Shown in pieces: positions 12,196 to 26,477 of a stretch of 64,000 nucleotides of DNA. Both the position numbers and the translations under genes were made by a program. The first letter of the stretch is position 1. Every line of letters starts with the position of its first letter. The DNA comes from Rhodosorus marinus CCMP1338 (lineage: Eukaryota; Plantae; Rhodophyta): positions 310,001 through 374,000 of the forward strand of contig JAMWBK010000013.1 in assembly GCA_029953675.1 (NCBI GenBank), given 5' to 3'. Below the pieces are notes generated by a model that made no database searches, was not told the DNA's origin, and saw only the letters and a list, made by a program, of their open reading frames with translations.

Positions 12196-12712
12196 CGTAG
12201 ACTTTCCGATGAAATTACCACTTAATCCCCTCCAAACCTTAGTACTCCAATACAAGAAAACGCGGTGGCCAAACTGAAAACCAAAAACTGAACAGTGACT
12301 GAGAGTGGGAAAGAAAGAAACTATTTCAACTCTCAGGCTCTCGACTTTTATAACAGTTCAACTACAAGCTTTGGGTTTGTTTGGCTATGGTACCTTTTTC
12401 TCTCCGGTATTTCCAACAGTTTCAATCCCCCGCATCCAACCCGTCCGTCCTCATTGCCACCTCAGTCCATCCGCATGCCCCTGTCCCAACCACGCGACAT
12501 CAAATCTTCTGCCACGGTAGTAGTACAAACCGATTCATGTACTAATCATACACTAAAGATAAGGCTAGATTTTTGTTTAATATTTTGAAGCAGTGGATAA
12601 TAATGACTGATGTAGTCAATGTAAGGTAATTGAAGGCAATGGTTGGTTCATCAATGATTGTCTAGTCATTTAAGAAATTAATGATTGACTATTGTTTATT
12701 TGTTTGTTTTTA

Positions 12713-13672
12713 TCAGTTTTCGTTTTGGAGGACGGTTTGCAGGTTGTGCACGATGGCGTTTAGGGCCTTGACAGCGGCCGAGTCGCGTGCCTCTTCGAAT
12801 GGGTTCTTGCCTTTGTCCACAATTGCGCTTAGTTTAGGGTCAAGAGGAACCCTTCCGAGGAATCTGACACCCATTTCTGTACACATTGCCTGCGCGCCGC
12901 CGGTTGAGGGGGGGAATATGTTCACGCAGTTCTCGCAACTGGGGCACACGTAGCCGCTCATGTTCTCCACAACGCCGATGATTGGAGTGTTTGCCATTCT
13001 GCAGAAGTTTATCTCCTTCCTGACGTCTAGCAGCGATACTTCTTGGGGTGTTGTGACAATCACTGCACCATCTATGTTGCACCCTTTCAGCATCTGTAAG
13101 AGGGAAATGTGCTCATCTGACGTCCCGGGCGGAGTATCAAAAATTAAATAGTCTAGCTCCCCCCAGTCGGTATCCTTCAGGAATTGCTTGATTAGCGATG
13201 TCTTCCTGACGCCCCGCCACGCCACCGCGTTGTCCCTTCCGGGGAGCAGAAAAGCAACAGACATAACCGAGAGGTTGTCGTTCACGGCAACAGGTTGCCA
13301 TCCTGAATTGGACTGCCGTACTTCCTCTCCCTGCACAGAAAGCATATGCGGGATTGAAGGGCCGCAGATGTCCACGTCCAGGAGGCCAGTCTCTGGCATA
13401 TCTTCCTGCGCAGACAGCGCGAGCGAAAGAAACGACGCAAACGTGCTCTTCCCAACTCCTCCCTTTCCAGAAAGCACAAGTATCTTATTCTTCACCCTAC
13501 TAGAGCTTAACCGGTTCCTAATAATCTCCAAATCAGGATCCTCCTTCGCCGCCTCACCAGACGCACACGCCGTTTGACTAGGACATCCAGCACAGCTGTC
13601 ACTCTTCCCAGCATGCTCAGAACCCGTCCCAGGGCACCCTTCCGGTGCATGCTCCGGAACAATATCACCCAT
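12713..13672 (-). CDS. NBP35: Cytosolic Fe-S cluster assembly factor NBP35/NUBP1 (intronless)
   Basis: N-terminal [19 protein letters not shown] cluster motif, P-loop [40 protein letters not shown]. Confidence 0.95.
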   Translation of the reverse strand: MGDIVPEHAPEGCPGTGSEHAGKSDSCAGCPSQTACASGEAAKEDPDLEIIRNRLSSSRVKNKILVLSGKGGVGKSTFASFLSLALSAQEDMPETGLLDVDICGPSIPHMLSVQGEEVRQSNSGWQPVAVNDNLSVMSVAFLLPGRDNAVAWRGVRKTSLIKQFLKDTDWGELDYLIFDTPPGTSDEHISLLQMLKGCNIDGAVIVTTPQEVSLLDVRKEINFCRMANTPIIGVVENMSGYVCPSCENCVNIFPPSTGGAQAMCTEMGVRFLGRVPLDPKLSAIVDKGKNPFEEARDSAAVKALNAIVHNLQTVLQNEN

Positions 13673-14254
13673 CTTACTCTCACCAACAAATCAAGAAACA
13701 AAAAAAAATTCACAAATCTTTGCTACCCTCCTCCAGTCTTTCCCCAGCACACTCAAACCCCCCGAACAAAGTCCTCTCCACTTCCAACTCAACTCTTGTG
13801 CACCTAACAAACGTCCCTAGCGATGCTGACCCGTGCCTCTCAAAAATCATTAAAAAATACCTTTTTGACAAATTTAACATCCAAACAAATACTAAATAAC
13901 CAATAAAAAGCCAATACTTCAAAATTTATGCTTTCAAAAATCCGTGTTTCAGCCCATCCGGAGCCACTGCATTACAAAAATACGAAATTCACGTAATGCA
14001 TTATCCAATTCTTATGAAGAATAGTAGATTTAGATACATAGTAGGACGCGTGGTATATTTTAAATGGATTATGGGATATAGAATTGAAAGTATTGAATTA
14101 TTTTAGTTTTTTGGATTGATATGAGGATAGCGGCTTTCTGAGAGGGAATTGGAGAGTTGGTGGGTGAGGGCAGGAGGCGGGGCTTTGGGGATCTTATGGC
14201 AAGGTAGTGAGAGGTTGGAGTGGGTTTTCTGATGGTTAATTACTTTTTTTGAGG

Positions 14255-14900
14255 ATGGGTTTCTTGTTCTCCAATGGATCCTGTGTACTTAGACGGGAGC
14301 AGACGAAGTGTCGAGCTTGTGGCGAGTTCTCCCGTCGCGATATCCTGAAGATTGGTGGGGTTGTTGCCGTCGCAGCATGGCTGCCGCTCCCAGCGAGGGC
14401 AGCGAAAGAGTGGAAGCCTGAGGATCTTTGCAAGAACTGCAGCGGGAGAGGGTATGTTGGCTGAGTGACAACTGGAATATTGTATAATCGAAATTGACTG
14501 GTTTTCGAGGAGAGGGACTGAATGAACTGATTTCATTGATAGGCTCCAGGAATGTAGTTTTTGTCTCGGAACTGGTCTATTTGAACTCGGAGATTCGATC
14601 GCAATGTCTACTCAGGTATGTCCGAACTGCTCCGGTAGAGGAAGCGTCGTGTGTCCGAGCTGTGTGGGCCTCGGTCTTCGAAATGTCAAGGGGGTGTTGA
14701 GGGATGGTAAGTTGTGGTCCGCACTTTCCAGCGCTTCATTAAGTTTGCTCCGCATACATATGCGTATTCACTCACCTTTGATGTAAACTCCTTCTTCTCT
14801 TTGGTCAGGATCAAACGACGGATCGTTGCGCGTTAGAAGGGATGGGAGCATTGAGATCTTGGACTGCGATGCGTTTCCATCTTGCAGCAATAAAGCGTGA
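14255..14900 (+). CDS. PSA2: Thylakoid-lumen DnaJ-type zinc-finger protein, PSA2-like, 3 exons
   Basis: Bipartite presequence with twin-Arg (SRRDIL) and A-x-A site; CxxCxGxG repeats: CKNCSGRG, CSFCLGTG, CPNCSGRG, CPSCVGLGLRNVKGVLR. Confidence 0.7.
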
Positions 14901-15864
14901 GCAAGACAGGTTGGGGGCGCTGGGATGAGCGATAGAAGGTTTTAGCTGACTCTATCTTTCTGAGCGTTCCCATGCGCTTTTTACCTGAGAGAGAGGTGCG
15001 GACCACTAGAGGCAATCAAATTCTACCATTTTTGGTCGCACATACCATCACGGGAACGATTGAGGACGGAAGATCTTGTCTGGCGTATCTTCTCATCGAC
15101 CGCTTGGCCAAAATTCGACTCCGGTAACACCTCCTCGTGCTGATCAGGAGACCTCCACTCTGAACATCAGGGCAGTACCAAACCTAGAAAACTTGTAGCA
15201 AAAAATGTAGCATTGCTAGTTCTTAATTGGACAAGAGCTCGCCATAATGGTAGTACCATTGGCTTATTATGTAGTGTAAGCATTTTTCACCTTTTTTCTA
15301 CCTCGAAAAAATAAATCCAAAAAAATATCGACCACGTTCGAGAGACGTTCACGGTCCGCTGAAGACAGGAAACGCCAGCGGTGATGTACAACGCCTCTCT
15401 GGCGCTGGAGGTGATGGAGAGCGCTCACTTGACAGATGACACCTCCAAAGAAAAGCCAAATGGGAAAAGAGAACATTTTCCCTAATTTTTTCTCCTTAGG
15501 CGTTATCTTTCATGACGGATAACGTCGGTCCCGTCGGTAACACTGAGAGGGGACTCCCCCCCGGTATATTTTCTTTGGTTATTTGATAGCAGTAAAAAAA
15601 TTAAGTTGTGACGTGAAACGCGGGGATTACGTTGGAGCTCCTTGGATGATGGAAAGACTCTGTTGTGACAGGTGCACAGTTTGGGGTGGAGACTATGTAA
15701 AGGAGCGAGGCAGTGAAGAAATTTTGAGACGGGAAGGAAGGGAGGGCTTGGTGATGGCATCGAAAAGAACATATTCGTGCAAGCTTTTTTTTTTTGGTTA
15801 GCTTTGTGCTTTTGATCGTGGCAGTTTACGGTCTGGACTAGTCCTGTGCTCGTGATTTGACAGA

Positions 15865-18721
15865 ATGTCAAGCGGGGGTCATCACCATAGAACGTCTCTT
15901 GGTCAGCGCAATAAGGCTCATAAGGTTTCTGGGTAAGGCTCCGCCTGTTCTGGCTGCTTCTCTGTCGAAGCCCGGGGGTCTGATATCTGCAGATATCTGC
16001 TTGCTTTGAAGTTCTGGGAGCTAACTGGCTTCGGTTTTCTTTTTGTTTATTATTTGTTTTCTGAAGTGGCCATTCCAGCTCGAGGGAGCTGCGGAAGAAA
16101 GCCGGCGGAAGGGTTGGGCTCAAGCAAAGTGACCTCGCAGCGGGAAAGAAGGCACGCCATGCTTCTGCATTATCGCGGCGTGATGCGGAGCGCGGAGCGA
16201 AGAGAAAGGCGCTCATGGAAAGTGCTCGCCTCGTGAAAGATTCCTCGAAGAACGACCCTCCGCTCTCGGTAGTTTTTGTGCCTGTCACGAAAAGCGCAAA
16301 CGCAGCTAGCGCCAGAAGGACGTTCGCAAAGTACTGCCATGAGATCGGTTCGTGCCTCTGCAGAATGCTCCTTCAGTTTAATCCCCGTGAGGCCTAAATT
16401 TGTGCATTCCTGACCGACTTCTTTGTCCTCGTGCTGTCTCTCCGAACTGCAGAGACTGATGACGCAGCGGCTGAGCACGGTTCGGAACTTTACGGTTATC
16501 AAGTGGTGAACGTACCGAAAACACTATCCCACGGTACTCTGCAAAGCGCAATGCTCCAGTCCGTGGATAGGGTGGAAGGTGAGGGAGAAACTGAGTTTTT
16601 ACGGGTGCTCATGAGCGCTACCAAAGGAGCAGACTTGATCGTGTTCGTATTCGCTTCAGAGGAAGATCCTGAGGATGCTGACAGTCAGACATTCCGAATA
16701 CTTCGGATTCAAGGTAAGGTTGCATTCTCGGGTAGGTAGGTCTATTCACGGATTATCAGGGCAGCTGAGCATACCTCCAACAATCCAAAAATTCATTCCC
16801 ACTTCTTTGGTCTAGGAGTTCCAACGGCCCTGTCCGTGTACTACAATGCTAATGACGAAGAAGCGGAAAATCCTGGCGTCGAGATGGAGACTGTAGGCTC
16901 AAAGTCCAAGAACAAGCAGCGGAATCGCGCGGAAAAGCGTGAGAAGGAAATGAAGGTCGTTCGCGGCAAAATTTTGGAGAAGGAGAGTATGGGGAGCGAC
17001 GAGGTCGCGCTTAGGCCTCACAAAATTTTTCTTTCAAACCTCTCTAAACCAACCGACCACGAGATTCTAGAGACGAGGAACGCTGTTCGACTGATTCTAT
17101 CCCACCAGAGAAGATCGTTGACCTGGAGAGCGGGCCGCTCATACTTGTATGCAGAGCAGATTGGAGATGTGGTCGCGGATAACGGCTCGGTGCGCATCTC
17201 CGGGTACGTGCGCGGCTCGCCCGTGTCCGCAAATTATCTTGTACATATTGGAGGTTATGGCACGTATGCCGTTCGATCGATCAGCTCCTCTGGTCATCCG
17301 GGACGCACAAATAAACGGGCGCAGCCAATGAGCCTGGAGGATAAAGTCATAAGTGTGAGAGATGAGACTGTTGCAGACGATCCAAGAAGCGACGCTGAAG
17401 TTGATCCGCTCGTGGGAGAGCAGACTTGGCCAGATCTGGAAGAGGGAGATCACAAAGGGGAAAATCGCGTTGTCGTTGAACGTAGAAAACAGCCGAGGGG
17501 ATGGTCAGAGTACCAGGCGGCGTGGATTGCAGAAGATGAGGATTACGAGGTGGACTCGGATGTGGTCACTGATGGAGATGTCGTGGAAGAAAATGATCCC
17601 GTTGAGGATGACGATATGGAGCTTGAGCGAGATAGAGAAGGACCTCATGAGGTGGATGCCTCAGAGAACGGAGGAGACGATAATATGGACATAGGCGAGG
17701 ATCTTCCGGTCGATGCAGAGGAGGTCCAGCGGTCCCGTGAGCACGATGAGAACGAGCGGTTTCCTGACGAGGTCGATGTACCTCTTGATAGACCTGCACG
17801 GGAGAGGTTTGCGAGGTACCGAGGGCTGAAATCTTTTCGAACCTCGCCATGGGACACAAAGGAGCTTCTCCCGAGGGAATATGCGAGTGTGCATCAGTAT
17901 GCAGACTTTAGGCATTTGAAAAAACGAATCCGAGAGTCGGAGAGGAGCGAACCGTGGACCCATGCTAAGGTTGGAGAGTACGCAACTCTGGTGTTGGAAA
18001 AGTTTGGCCAGGAGAACCTCGATCGCATGCGAACCGAAAAAGGACCAATCATTGTCTACTTCATGCACAAATTTGAGAACAAGCGCACAGTTCTGCACGT
18101 TGGATTGCATGGTAACGAGGGTCACGACGTCAAGGGGAAGGACGAGCTTGTCTTCCAGACAGGGTTTGTACAGTTCAAAGCGAGACCAGTATTTTCGGAG
18201 GTCAACGCAAACTGTGAAAAACACAAGGTGGAACGATTCCTACATCCTGGCAGGTTTTGTGCAGCGACCGTGTACGGCCCTTCAATTTTCACCCCCGCGC
18301 CGGCGATTGCTTTCAAACCCGATGGGCAAATCGTTGGCACAGGCTCGGTCTTGAGCGTCGACCCAGACCGGATAGTGCTGAAACGGATTGTTCTCACGGG
18401 GTATCCGTTCAGGATACACAAGAAAAGGGTAAATTGCAGGCTAGGAGTTTTCAACTTGTTTTACATTGTTTGTAAGCCTCTGAGGTGTTCGCTGGTTTCG
18501 TGCTCTAGGCCGTGGTCAGATTCATGTTCTTCAACCCGGAGGATATCCGATGGTTTAAGCCTGTGGAACTTTTCACAAAGCTCGGCCGCTCGGGACACAT
18601 AGTGGAGCCGTTGGGAACGCACGGCTATATGAAGTGCATTTTTGACGGCCCGATATTTCATCACGACACAGTATGTATGTACCTGTACAAGAGGGTGTAC
18701 CCTCGATTATCTGACGCTTAA
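15865..18721 (+). CDS. TSR1: Pre-rRNA processing protein TSR1, multi-exon
   Basis: [113 protein letters not shown]. Confidence 0.95.
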
Positions 18722-18867
18722 GAAAACGCAACTACCCATCGATGAACGCTATTGCTCCAACTTCTACTAGCTCGTAGACAACCTGCAGTGGCACCCCTCA
18801 CCAGGAGAACAGGCCAAGATCGAGTTTCGAGTGTATTCACCAGCCATGCTTCTCAAATGTGGTTTGT

Positions 18868-21750
18868 CTACAGATCTGGTTCCTCCCGTTCATCAGCTCC
18901 ACCATCTGCATCAGTTCCGTTGACATATTCCGTTTCGTCGTCACTCTTGACGTCATCGCCGTGTCCCTCTTCGTCGTTTTCCTCTCTGTCCTCGCCGCTG
19001 TAGAATTCCAGTCCACCGTACTCTTCTATTGGTTCATCGTCCTCGTAAAATCTCTCGTATTCGTAGTCTCCGTACTCCTCATCTGCAGCCTCGCCCGTAA
19101 AGGAGGACTCGCCAATTTCCCCTGCGTGATCATCGTATTCTTCATAGTCTTCGTAGCCCTGGTCTTCATCATCGTGGTATGGTTTATAGTCCTCGTTGTC
19201 TTCATATGAACTATCGTCATAATTAGTGTCGAAGCCGTGTTCCCCGACGTGCTCGTCGTGCTGGGAATAATCCTCGTCACCGTCCTCAAAACCTTCCTCG
19301 TAGCTTCCGTAGGCACTCTCCTGCACCTCCTGCACCTCCTGCACCTCCTCCTCCTCTGCCTCAGGCTTGGCGCTCTGGGGGGTCACTCTACCCTGCAGCT
19401 GGTCCACCAACGACTTCAAATGATCGAACTCTTTACCTTCGCACGCAGCTGGAGATGTTACTCTCATCGAATACTGGCATCGTCCAGGCTGAACCGAGGG
19501 GAAAATATTTCACGATGAGCGCCACAAATGTTCCCAGCGGGTTGGGGGACAGCATTGGTATCTTACCTCTTGGACGTCAACTATAAGATTCTCGTCGCCG
19601 CATTCATATTTCACGGTTGCTGACCTCCTAGGGCCATTATAGCACATTGTTCCCTTCTCATAGTGTTGAACAGTGGAGCTACCCTTCATCCACGACCCGA
19701 GAGATCCAATCTCCGAACCGTTCTCCCACTGCTTGACCGTTCGAAAGGGGCATAATTCGTACTCATATTGGTGGATAGTGGTCTTGATGCAATTGGATGC
19801 AAGCCCGAGGAACGCAGGTGGGGCACCGGCCTGTTTAGACACGAATACTTCAGCTACGTTTGAATCTACCCTTGTCCTCTCTGTGTCTCTGCACATACCT
19901 TTTTAAGTTTCTTGACAAGTTCATCGTCATGTTTTCCAGCGTTCATGCCTGTCACAAGCCTCCCCTTCATCGTCTTCAGCGCGTGGATGCACGCCTGATT
20001 GAGGGAATTGCTCGTGCTGGGTTTGTGGATGATTCCTGGTTCCTCTGCCCCCATGAAACTGCGCAGGAGCCTGTTGGCTTTGGCAGAGAACGAGTTTCCA
20101 GAAGAGTGCTTTCCAGAGAAAAGCTCGTGGCATTGAGATGGAAGCTCGGCGGTGGACAGGTGGAAGCCTTGCGTCTTCTCCAGTTCTTCCCTCTCTTTCT
20201 CTTTTTTTCCAAGTTCAACCACTTCGTCCTTGGCTCTTATGTACTTTTCATGATCATAGTCCTCATCGTAGCCCTCATATTCATCGTCCTCGTCATCGTC
20301 ATAGTCCCCGGGCTCGTACTCATCTGGGTCATCCTCATCGATCACATGCTCAGAATCCGGAGGCAAGTCATCCAGCTCGTCTTCATCGTACTCCTTTGCA
20401 TATACGTCTTCGTCGTCGTCCTCCACCTCCTCGTACTCTTCGTCATCCTCCTCGTCCAAGTCATACTCCTCCTCATCCTCGAGATCGTTCTCTTCTGAGC
20501 GATAAAACAAAACCATCGTACTATGTTCAACGCTCAATCCAGACAGTGACAAGGGGGTTGCCAGTGGAACATCCCACGCAGACATCAATAGATGAATCGG
20601 ACCACCGATGTCGGCTCCTCAACCTCAGCTCCTTACCTGCTTTATCAGGATCTTGCTGTTCCTCATCCCCGCCAGCATCATAGTCTTCATCATAATCTAA
20701 CGAAAAACGAATAGAAGCAGTGCAGTCGCTCAGTATTTCACTGTCCTCTAACCAGTCCGTGCCTACCACCACGCGTCTGAGCGTACCTGCCTCAACGTAT
20801 TCGTCTGGTTCATCTTCCTCTTGTTTATCTTCTTCAGTCACTTGATCGCCGGTGTCAGAAGAATCAGCAGCATTGTCTACATCAAGCAGATGAAAGGGCA
20901 GCTGTGAGAAGATGGATGGTGGGATAGGAGGGTATCTCCCTCAGCTGAGAATGAAGCATCCTACCTTGAGAGTTTTCTAAGGTAATGATCATTCGCTCCA
21001 GGGTTGATACATCTGCTCGGATCTCAACGGATTTCTTCTCTGCGCTCTTTGCGCTTTCGGTTGATTGTTTGTACAGGTGCTGTCCATCTGCGACTAGGTT
21101 TGACTTCTTCTGGAGTCCTAGCGTCGTTTGGTAGAAGGAAGAGCAGCGGGGTGGTTGGGCTGGTGAATATTTTTCCGTGAAATGTGGAATGCAGTAACGG
21201 ACGTTACTTTTTTGTGTGAAAGGGGTACCTCGCCGCGCCTGCTCCATCTTGGATGTGTATTCCTCCAGAAGATCCGCTCTGATCTGTTTGCATTTGTTCT
21301 CACATTCCATTCGACCTTGGAATTCGTCAGATCCATCGCAGCAGTCGCATACTCCGTCGTTTACCCTGTGAGCCACAATAAAACAAACCGTCAAGATCAG
21401 CTTTCTGAGAACATGAGCACCCCCTGTGGAAGGGGATCCAAGAGCGTGCAGTCAGTCGCTCACCACGTCGAGTTAATCACTCTATGCAAGGGTTCCAAAT
21501 CACATAAGAATTTCCCATTGGGGCACGCCGATGTCCCAGGTTCATCAGTGCCATCCGCACAGTCGCAAAACTCATCGTTCACCTCAGCCTCTGACAACAT
21601 CAGAATCATATGCGGATCATGCGCACTCTGGCACTGAAGAGATCCATCCTTAAGCTGCCTGATCGCCTCTTCAGTCATCCCTTGCAAACTTCCAGCAGCC
21701 GCCAAACCCCACACTATGATACACCCCAGAAACCTCCGCTTCAGATCCAT
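18868..21750 (-). CDS. PRKCSH: Glucosidase II beta subunit (PRKCSH-like), multi-exon, with long acidic regions
   Basis: Signal peptide; [20 protein letters not shown] and [14 protein letters not shown] LDLa-like motifs; MRH domain [35 protein letters not shown]. Confidence 0.9.
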
Positions 21751-22170
21751 GGCTAGCAAATCTTGCCGCCCCTTTACAAGCGATCACAACAAGACAAACA
21801 CACACAAGTTTTTGTGAACAATCACTATATAGGACAAGGATAATAATTATGACAAGCTTTCCCATAAGCCAACTTCCGCTTCCTCATACGTGCATCGATC
21901 CGCTCTCCTTCCCAACCGATTCTCTTCATTGCCGAACTCGATATGTAACTTCCCGACAAGGCAAATTGATTTAGGACGTTCCACAAATCCGGAATAATGG
22001 GACAGTTTGTCCCAAAATGTGTTAAGGACAGACTGTCTTTAAGACAGTCTGTCAGTAGAAGTAGTTGTATTCTCGTTGATGAGGACTAACAAGGGGTTTG
22101 GGAGTGTTGTGATTGAGACGGGGGTTGTTATATGCTAGTTGGATCAGCAGCGAGAGTCGGATACAACAAC

Positions 22171-22706
22171 TTATTCTTGATCGAAACTAGCGTATGATCG
22201 TCGCGTCTCAACCACCACGGGCGCTTCCCGTGTTTTCGTACTGGCGAGAGGGACAACTAGGTCCGAATTTTGAGGCCGCGTTTGGGCGGTGACCACGAGA
22301 GGTCCTTGCCGATCGTGGGTTTGGGCCAGTGTGCATATGTTCACGCGTGTGAACTCGCGCCGCCTTCGGGCAATCGAGGTTACTGAGCCTCTACTTGCTT
22401 TTCCCGAGGTATCACCTGCTGTGGATAGCACATAGGAATCAGACGTAGCAAGTTGGGAGTTTGAAGCCATCATCAACCCAACCCTGTACAGCCAAGGCCA
22501 AACACCAGCCCTGCAGCAATCTGCACAGCGGTTTTCCATACCCTTTCACTTACACGCAAATTCACCTCTGTACCAAAAAACAGTACTGAACTCCCTACCC
22601 TTTGGATCAACAGGTCGTTCAACCCAATGCCAACAATCCATGTGTTGTATCGAGGACCACATCTCTCCCCAATCCCTGAACGGCAGCCCGAAAGGCAAAA
22701 ATCCAC
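22171..22706 (-). CDS. Possible small hypothetical gene; frame and exons unresolved
   Basis: Overlapping minus-strand ORFs downstream of an AT-rich divergent promoter (22.75-23.3 kb). Confidence 0.2.
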
Positions 22707-23412
22707 CCTCCACGGCGTGAATTCTTCACAACATTCTCAGCCAACCAAAATATAGATCAACCAAATCTCAATAAAACAAAATAAAATACTGATAAATACT
22801 TATAATTGTGATATTCTAAACCTTGAAATACAAGTTATTCGTTCTAAATAATGGCCTAGTTTGTTCTTAATTATAGGACACGTGTCATAAACGAGGCCAC
22901 CAGAATCAGTTTCGCTTAAAAATCGAAGGAGCAGTGGTTATAAATATCCAAAAATGATATCTCTCTTATCCAATTAATAGCGTAAACGTTCCCCAGTACC
23001 ATTCCGTTGTAACGTAATATTATCGAATAAAAACGGCAGATTCTCATGTCGATCGATCAAAATACTTCGTAAAATCAACAAGACGGATATCCTTAAATAT
23101 TCATATTAATGTAATTTTATGTATTGATCAATATTTTAAAGGGGATTGAATAAATGGTAGTTCTCTATTGGAATAGATGTGAGATATTTTGATTAATTTT
23201 CAGTTGTCGGATAATATGATTCGTTGCTGATTGGAGTTGTTGGAATTAATTTTGGTGAGATGAGTTTTTAATGATGGGGCTGAAGGTTACATAAGGACTG
23301 GTATTGAGAAAAGGAACATGGGTAGGGAGACGCAGCGGAGGATGACTTGGTGTGGTGGGGAGGTAAAGCTGAGGGTTTCTGGAAGGGAGGTGCAATATAT
23401 GATCAAGGAAAT

Positions 23413-26400
23413 ATGGTGCTTGGATTTGTTAGTGGGATTAGAGGGGTTGTGGGTGGTGGGGGTGGTGGAATTAGGGGTGGCGTGAAGTCACGATGTGGTC
23501 GACGTTCGGTTGTGGTTGCGGCGCTGGCGGAGAGGCCGAAGGTGGAGGTTTCGAGTCCGGGTGAGGATGGGAACGGTGTTTTTGCGAACGATGATTCTTT
23601 AAAATGGGAGGCGCAGAGCGGGTATGAAGTGGTGGATGATAAGACGGGTTTGCCGTTGAGGTATGATTTGTGAGGCAAGAAATTCTATCTCGCTGGTTTT
23701 TTTGGATTTTCACTGTTTTTTTCTGAGGGAACAAGCTCCTTTGTTGGGATTGTCGTCTTCTCCTTGCTGTTAGGTACGATGGCGCTACGATCAGACGGTA
23801 TTGGGATAAGAGACCAGTCGAATTGCAATCGAGGTGGACCTTCTTCTTGGGGGTAGTCGTTCCTTTTGGAACCAAACTTTTGCGAAATCTCACAGCTGGG
23901 ACGATTGAAAAGAATCAGAGGGAACTTGCGAGAGATTTCCGCATTGTCTTGGAGAAGTTGGGCCCCACGTTTGTCAAACTCGGGCAGGTACGTTCTCCTG
24001 GGTAAATTTGTATTTACGTCATCTACCTCTTCAGCCGTACGATGCCTAACCAAAAGCGAGATATGCTTACATCTCTTTGTCGTTTAGGTTCTCTCTATTA
24101 GACCTGATATCGTCGGACGAGATGCGTCCGATGAACTTGCCCTCCTCCAAGATGCCGTTCCTGTATTCCCAACCTCCATTGCCAGGGAAGTAATCGAAGA
24201 AGAGCTTGGACAAAAGCTGGAGGATGTGTTCTCCGACTTTTCAGAAGAGCCTGTTGCAGCAGCCTCCTTGGCACAGGTACGTTTGCTTATACCCTACGCA
24301 CTCGTTTCTCTTTCAGCTGGAACTCTGTCTAATTTGCTACCGCTATCACTTCGTGTAGGTATACCAAGCGACGCTTAAAAGCACCGGCCAGAGAGTCGCA
24401 ATCAAAGTTCAACGCCCGGGGCTGCTTCCCATCGTCACCAAGGATCTGTATGTTATGCGCCGTGGAGTAGAGTGGGCAGAACCGATCCGAAAACGCTTCA
24501 GTGCTGAGAGAACCAACTACATGGAGCTGTTGAATACATGGGCTGGTGGTTTCTACGAGGAGCTAGACTTTAAAAATGAGGCATACAACCAAATCCAATT
24601 TAAGGAACTGCTCGCCAAGTCTGATGTCCAGAACGTTATTGTAAGTGGCACCGAAGAACAGACCTAGCCAGGCAGGAAGGCGTTCAGTCAATTGCTAGAG
24701 CAGAGCCAAACCCCACCGCATTTCTCTTTGTTGAGCTGCATCCGCCCCCACTGTTCGTGTGGCTGGTCTGGTCTCGCCAGGCGTTGCTGTGAACAGAAAG
24801 AGGCGCGCTTGGGACCTATTTGGGTTTGCTTAAAGTCAGACTCCATGTCCTTTCTGCTTGTGCTCTGTAGGTTCCTGAAGTATTCGAGGAGTATTCGTCG
24901 AGGAGACTTTTGGTTTCCGAATGGATTGATGGCGTAAAGCTTACACAGGCCGATCCAGAAGAGATCGAAAAGCTGGTAGACATTGGTAATAGCGCGTTTC
25001 TAACACAGCTCTTGGATTGGGGTGTGTTCCACGGCGACCCACATCCAGGCAATCTGCTTGTCACGCCTGAGGGCAAGCTATGCATACTGGACTTCGGTCT
25101 TATGGCCAACATTCCTGGAGAGGACAGGAACAAAATGGTAACTTGATGATTGTCGAGAGCTTGAAACCGGAGACCGACTTGCTTCGGCAGGAGACTAAGC
25201 TCATTGTCCTCTGTAACTTGATATGGTATCTTTAGGTGTCGGCAGTCATTCACGTGGCGAACAAGGACTTTGGCCAGCTCGTGGATGATCTCATTGACCT
25301 CAAGTTCCTCCCCAACGATGTGGACCGGCCGAAGGTTGAGACCGTTATGGGCAAGGTTTTGGGACCATTCGTTTACCAGGGCGGAGGTGCAAAGAACGTT
25401 GACTTCAGGTCGCTTGCGCGTGATTTGGCTGGGGTCACCAGGGAGATTCCGTTTAGCATCCCGCCGTACTACGCCCTAGTTGGCCGCGCGATCATCTCTC
25501 TGGAAGGTATTGCTCTACAGGCAGATCCCGACTATCGACTGGTTATGGAGGCGTATCCATACGTTGCAAGACGGTGAGAACTGACACAAGGATCGAGGGA
25601 GTATTGTCTACCCACTGCTGTGTATTCATGGAAAAACGAAATTTCTTCATTTTCCTATACAGAGTTATGTCTGAGGATGATACACCCGAGCTCCAGAGGG
25701 CGCTGGCCGAGATTCTGTATAAAGACGGAGGATTCTCGGTGAACAGGCTTGCTGCACTGCTCAATTCTGCTATGGGATACGTCGGCATGAGCAAGGATGC
25801 GATCGTTGATTTTGATTCGATTCCGGAGGACGGTGCAACGGCGTCCAAGTTCCTCGAGTTTGTTCTGTCCAACCAGGCCAAGTCTATCCGGGGTACTCTC
25901 TCTGTTGAGCTCGCCAAGGCAATTGACATTGTCTTGCGGAGAATGGCACGGCTTCGCACAAGTGAAATCTTGAGCACGATGAACAGGGTACCGGCTCCCT
26001 TCCGGATAGGCTACAACAGTGTCTCAAAGGCAAACGAATTGTCAGCCGTACGCAAAGACGAAGAGTTGTATGTCGATAGTCTGATCGTGCTTACGTCGCA
26101 GCTGCTCGGGGTAAGTGAGGCTAGCTATTTTCTGTTGAACACCAGTACGCTGTAGAACCGACACTGATGGCTTGTGGTGTCGGCAAAATTTCTCACAGGT
26201 CGATGTCAGAGGAGCAATCGATGACCCCTTCAAAGCACTCTCAATGCTGCGCCAGCTCTCAAGCAACCCAGAAGTTCAGGAATCGCTGAAGGTTTTGAAC
26301 GCCAACAGCGGAACCGCGCAGTCGTTTGCGCAGGATATCGCTGCAGAGGTTCAGAAGGTCGGCTCGAGGAGGCTCTACGACGAATACCTCCCGGCAACAT

Positions 26401-26477
26401 TCCCAGGACTTATTCCAGCACTTGAAGCAGCAACCGCCACTTTGAACTCGCCAACATTGCGCCGCTACAAGACTTGA
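23413..26477 (+). CDS. ABC1/UbiB atypical protein kinase (ABC1K), plastid-targeted, multi-exon
   Basis: Transit-like MVLGFVSG..; LEKLGPTFVKLGQ, LSIRPD, EPVAAASLAQVY, VAIKVQRPG, EELDF..EA, EWIDG, FHGDPHPGNL, LDFGL, FSIPPYYALVGR. Confidence 0.93.

Noticed and set aside
15503-16288. 261-aa minus-strand ORF and other long antisense ORFs (3642-4655, 7814-8500, 19860-20498, 54286-54837)
   Set aside because: They are shadows of real genes on the opposite strand or of low-complexity sequence.
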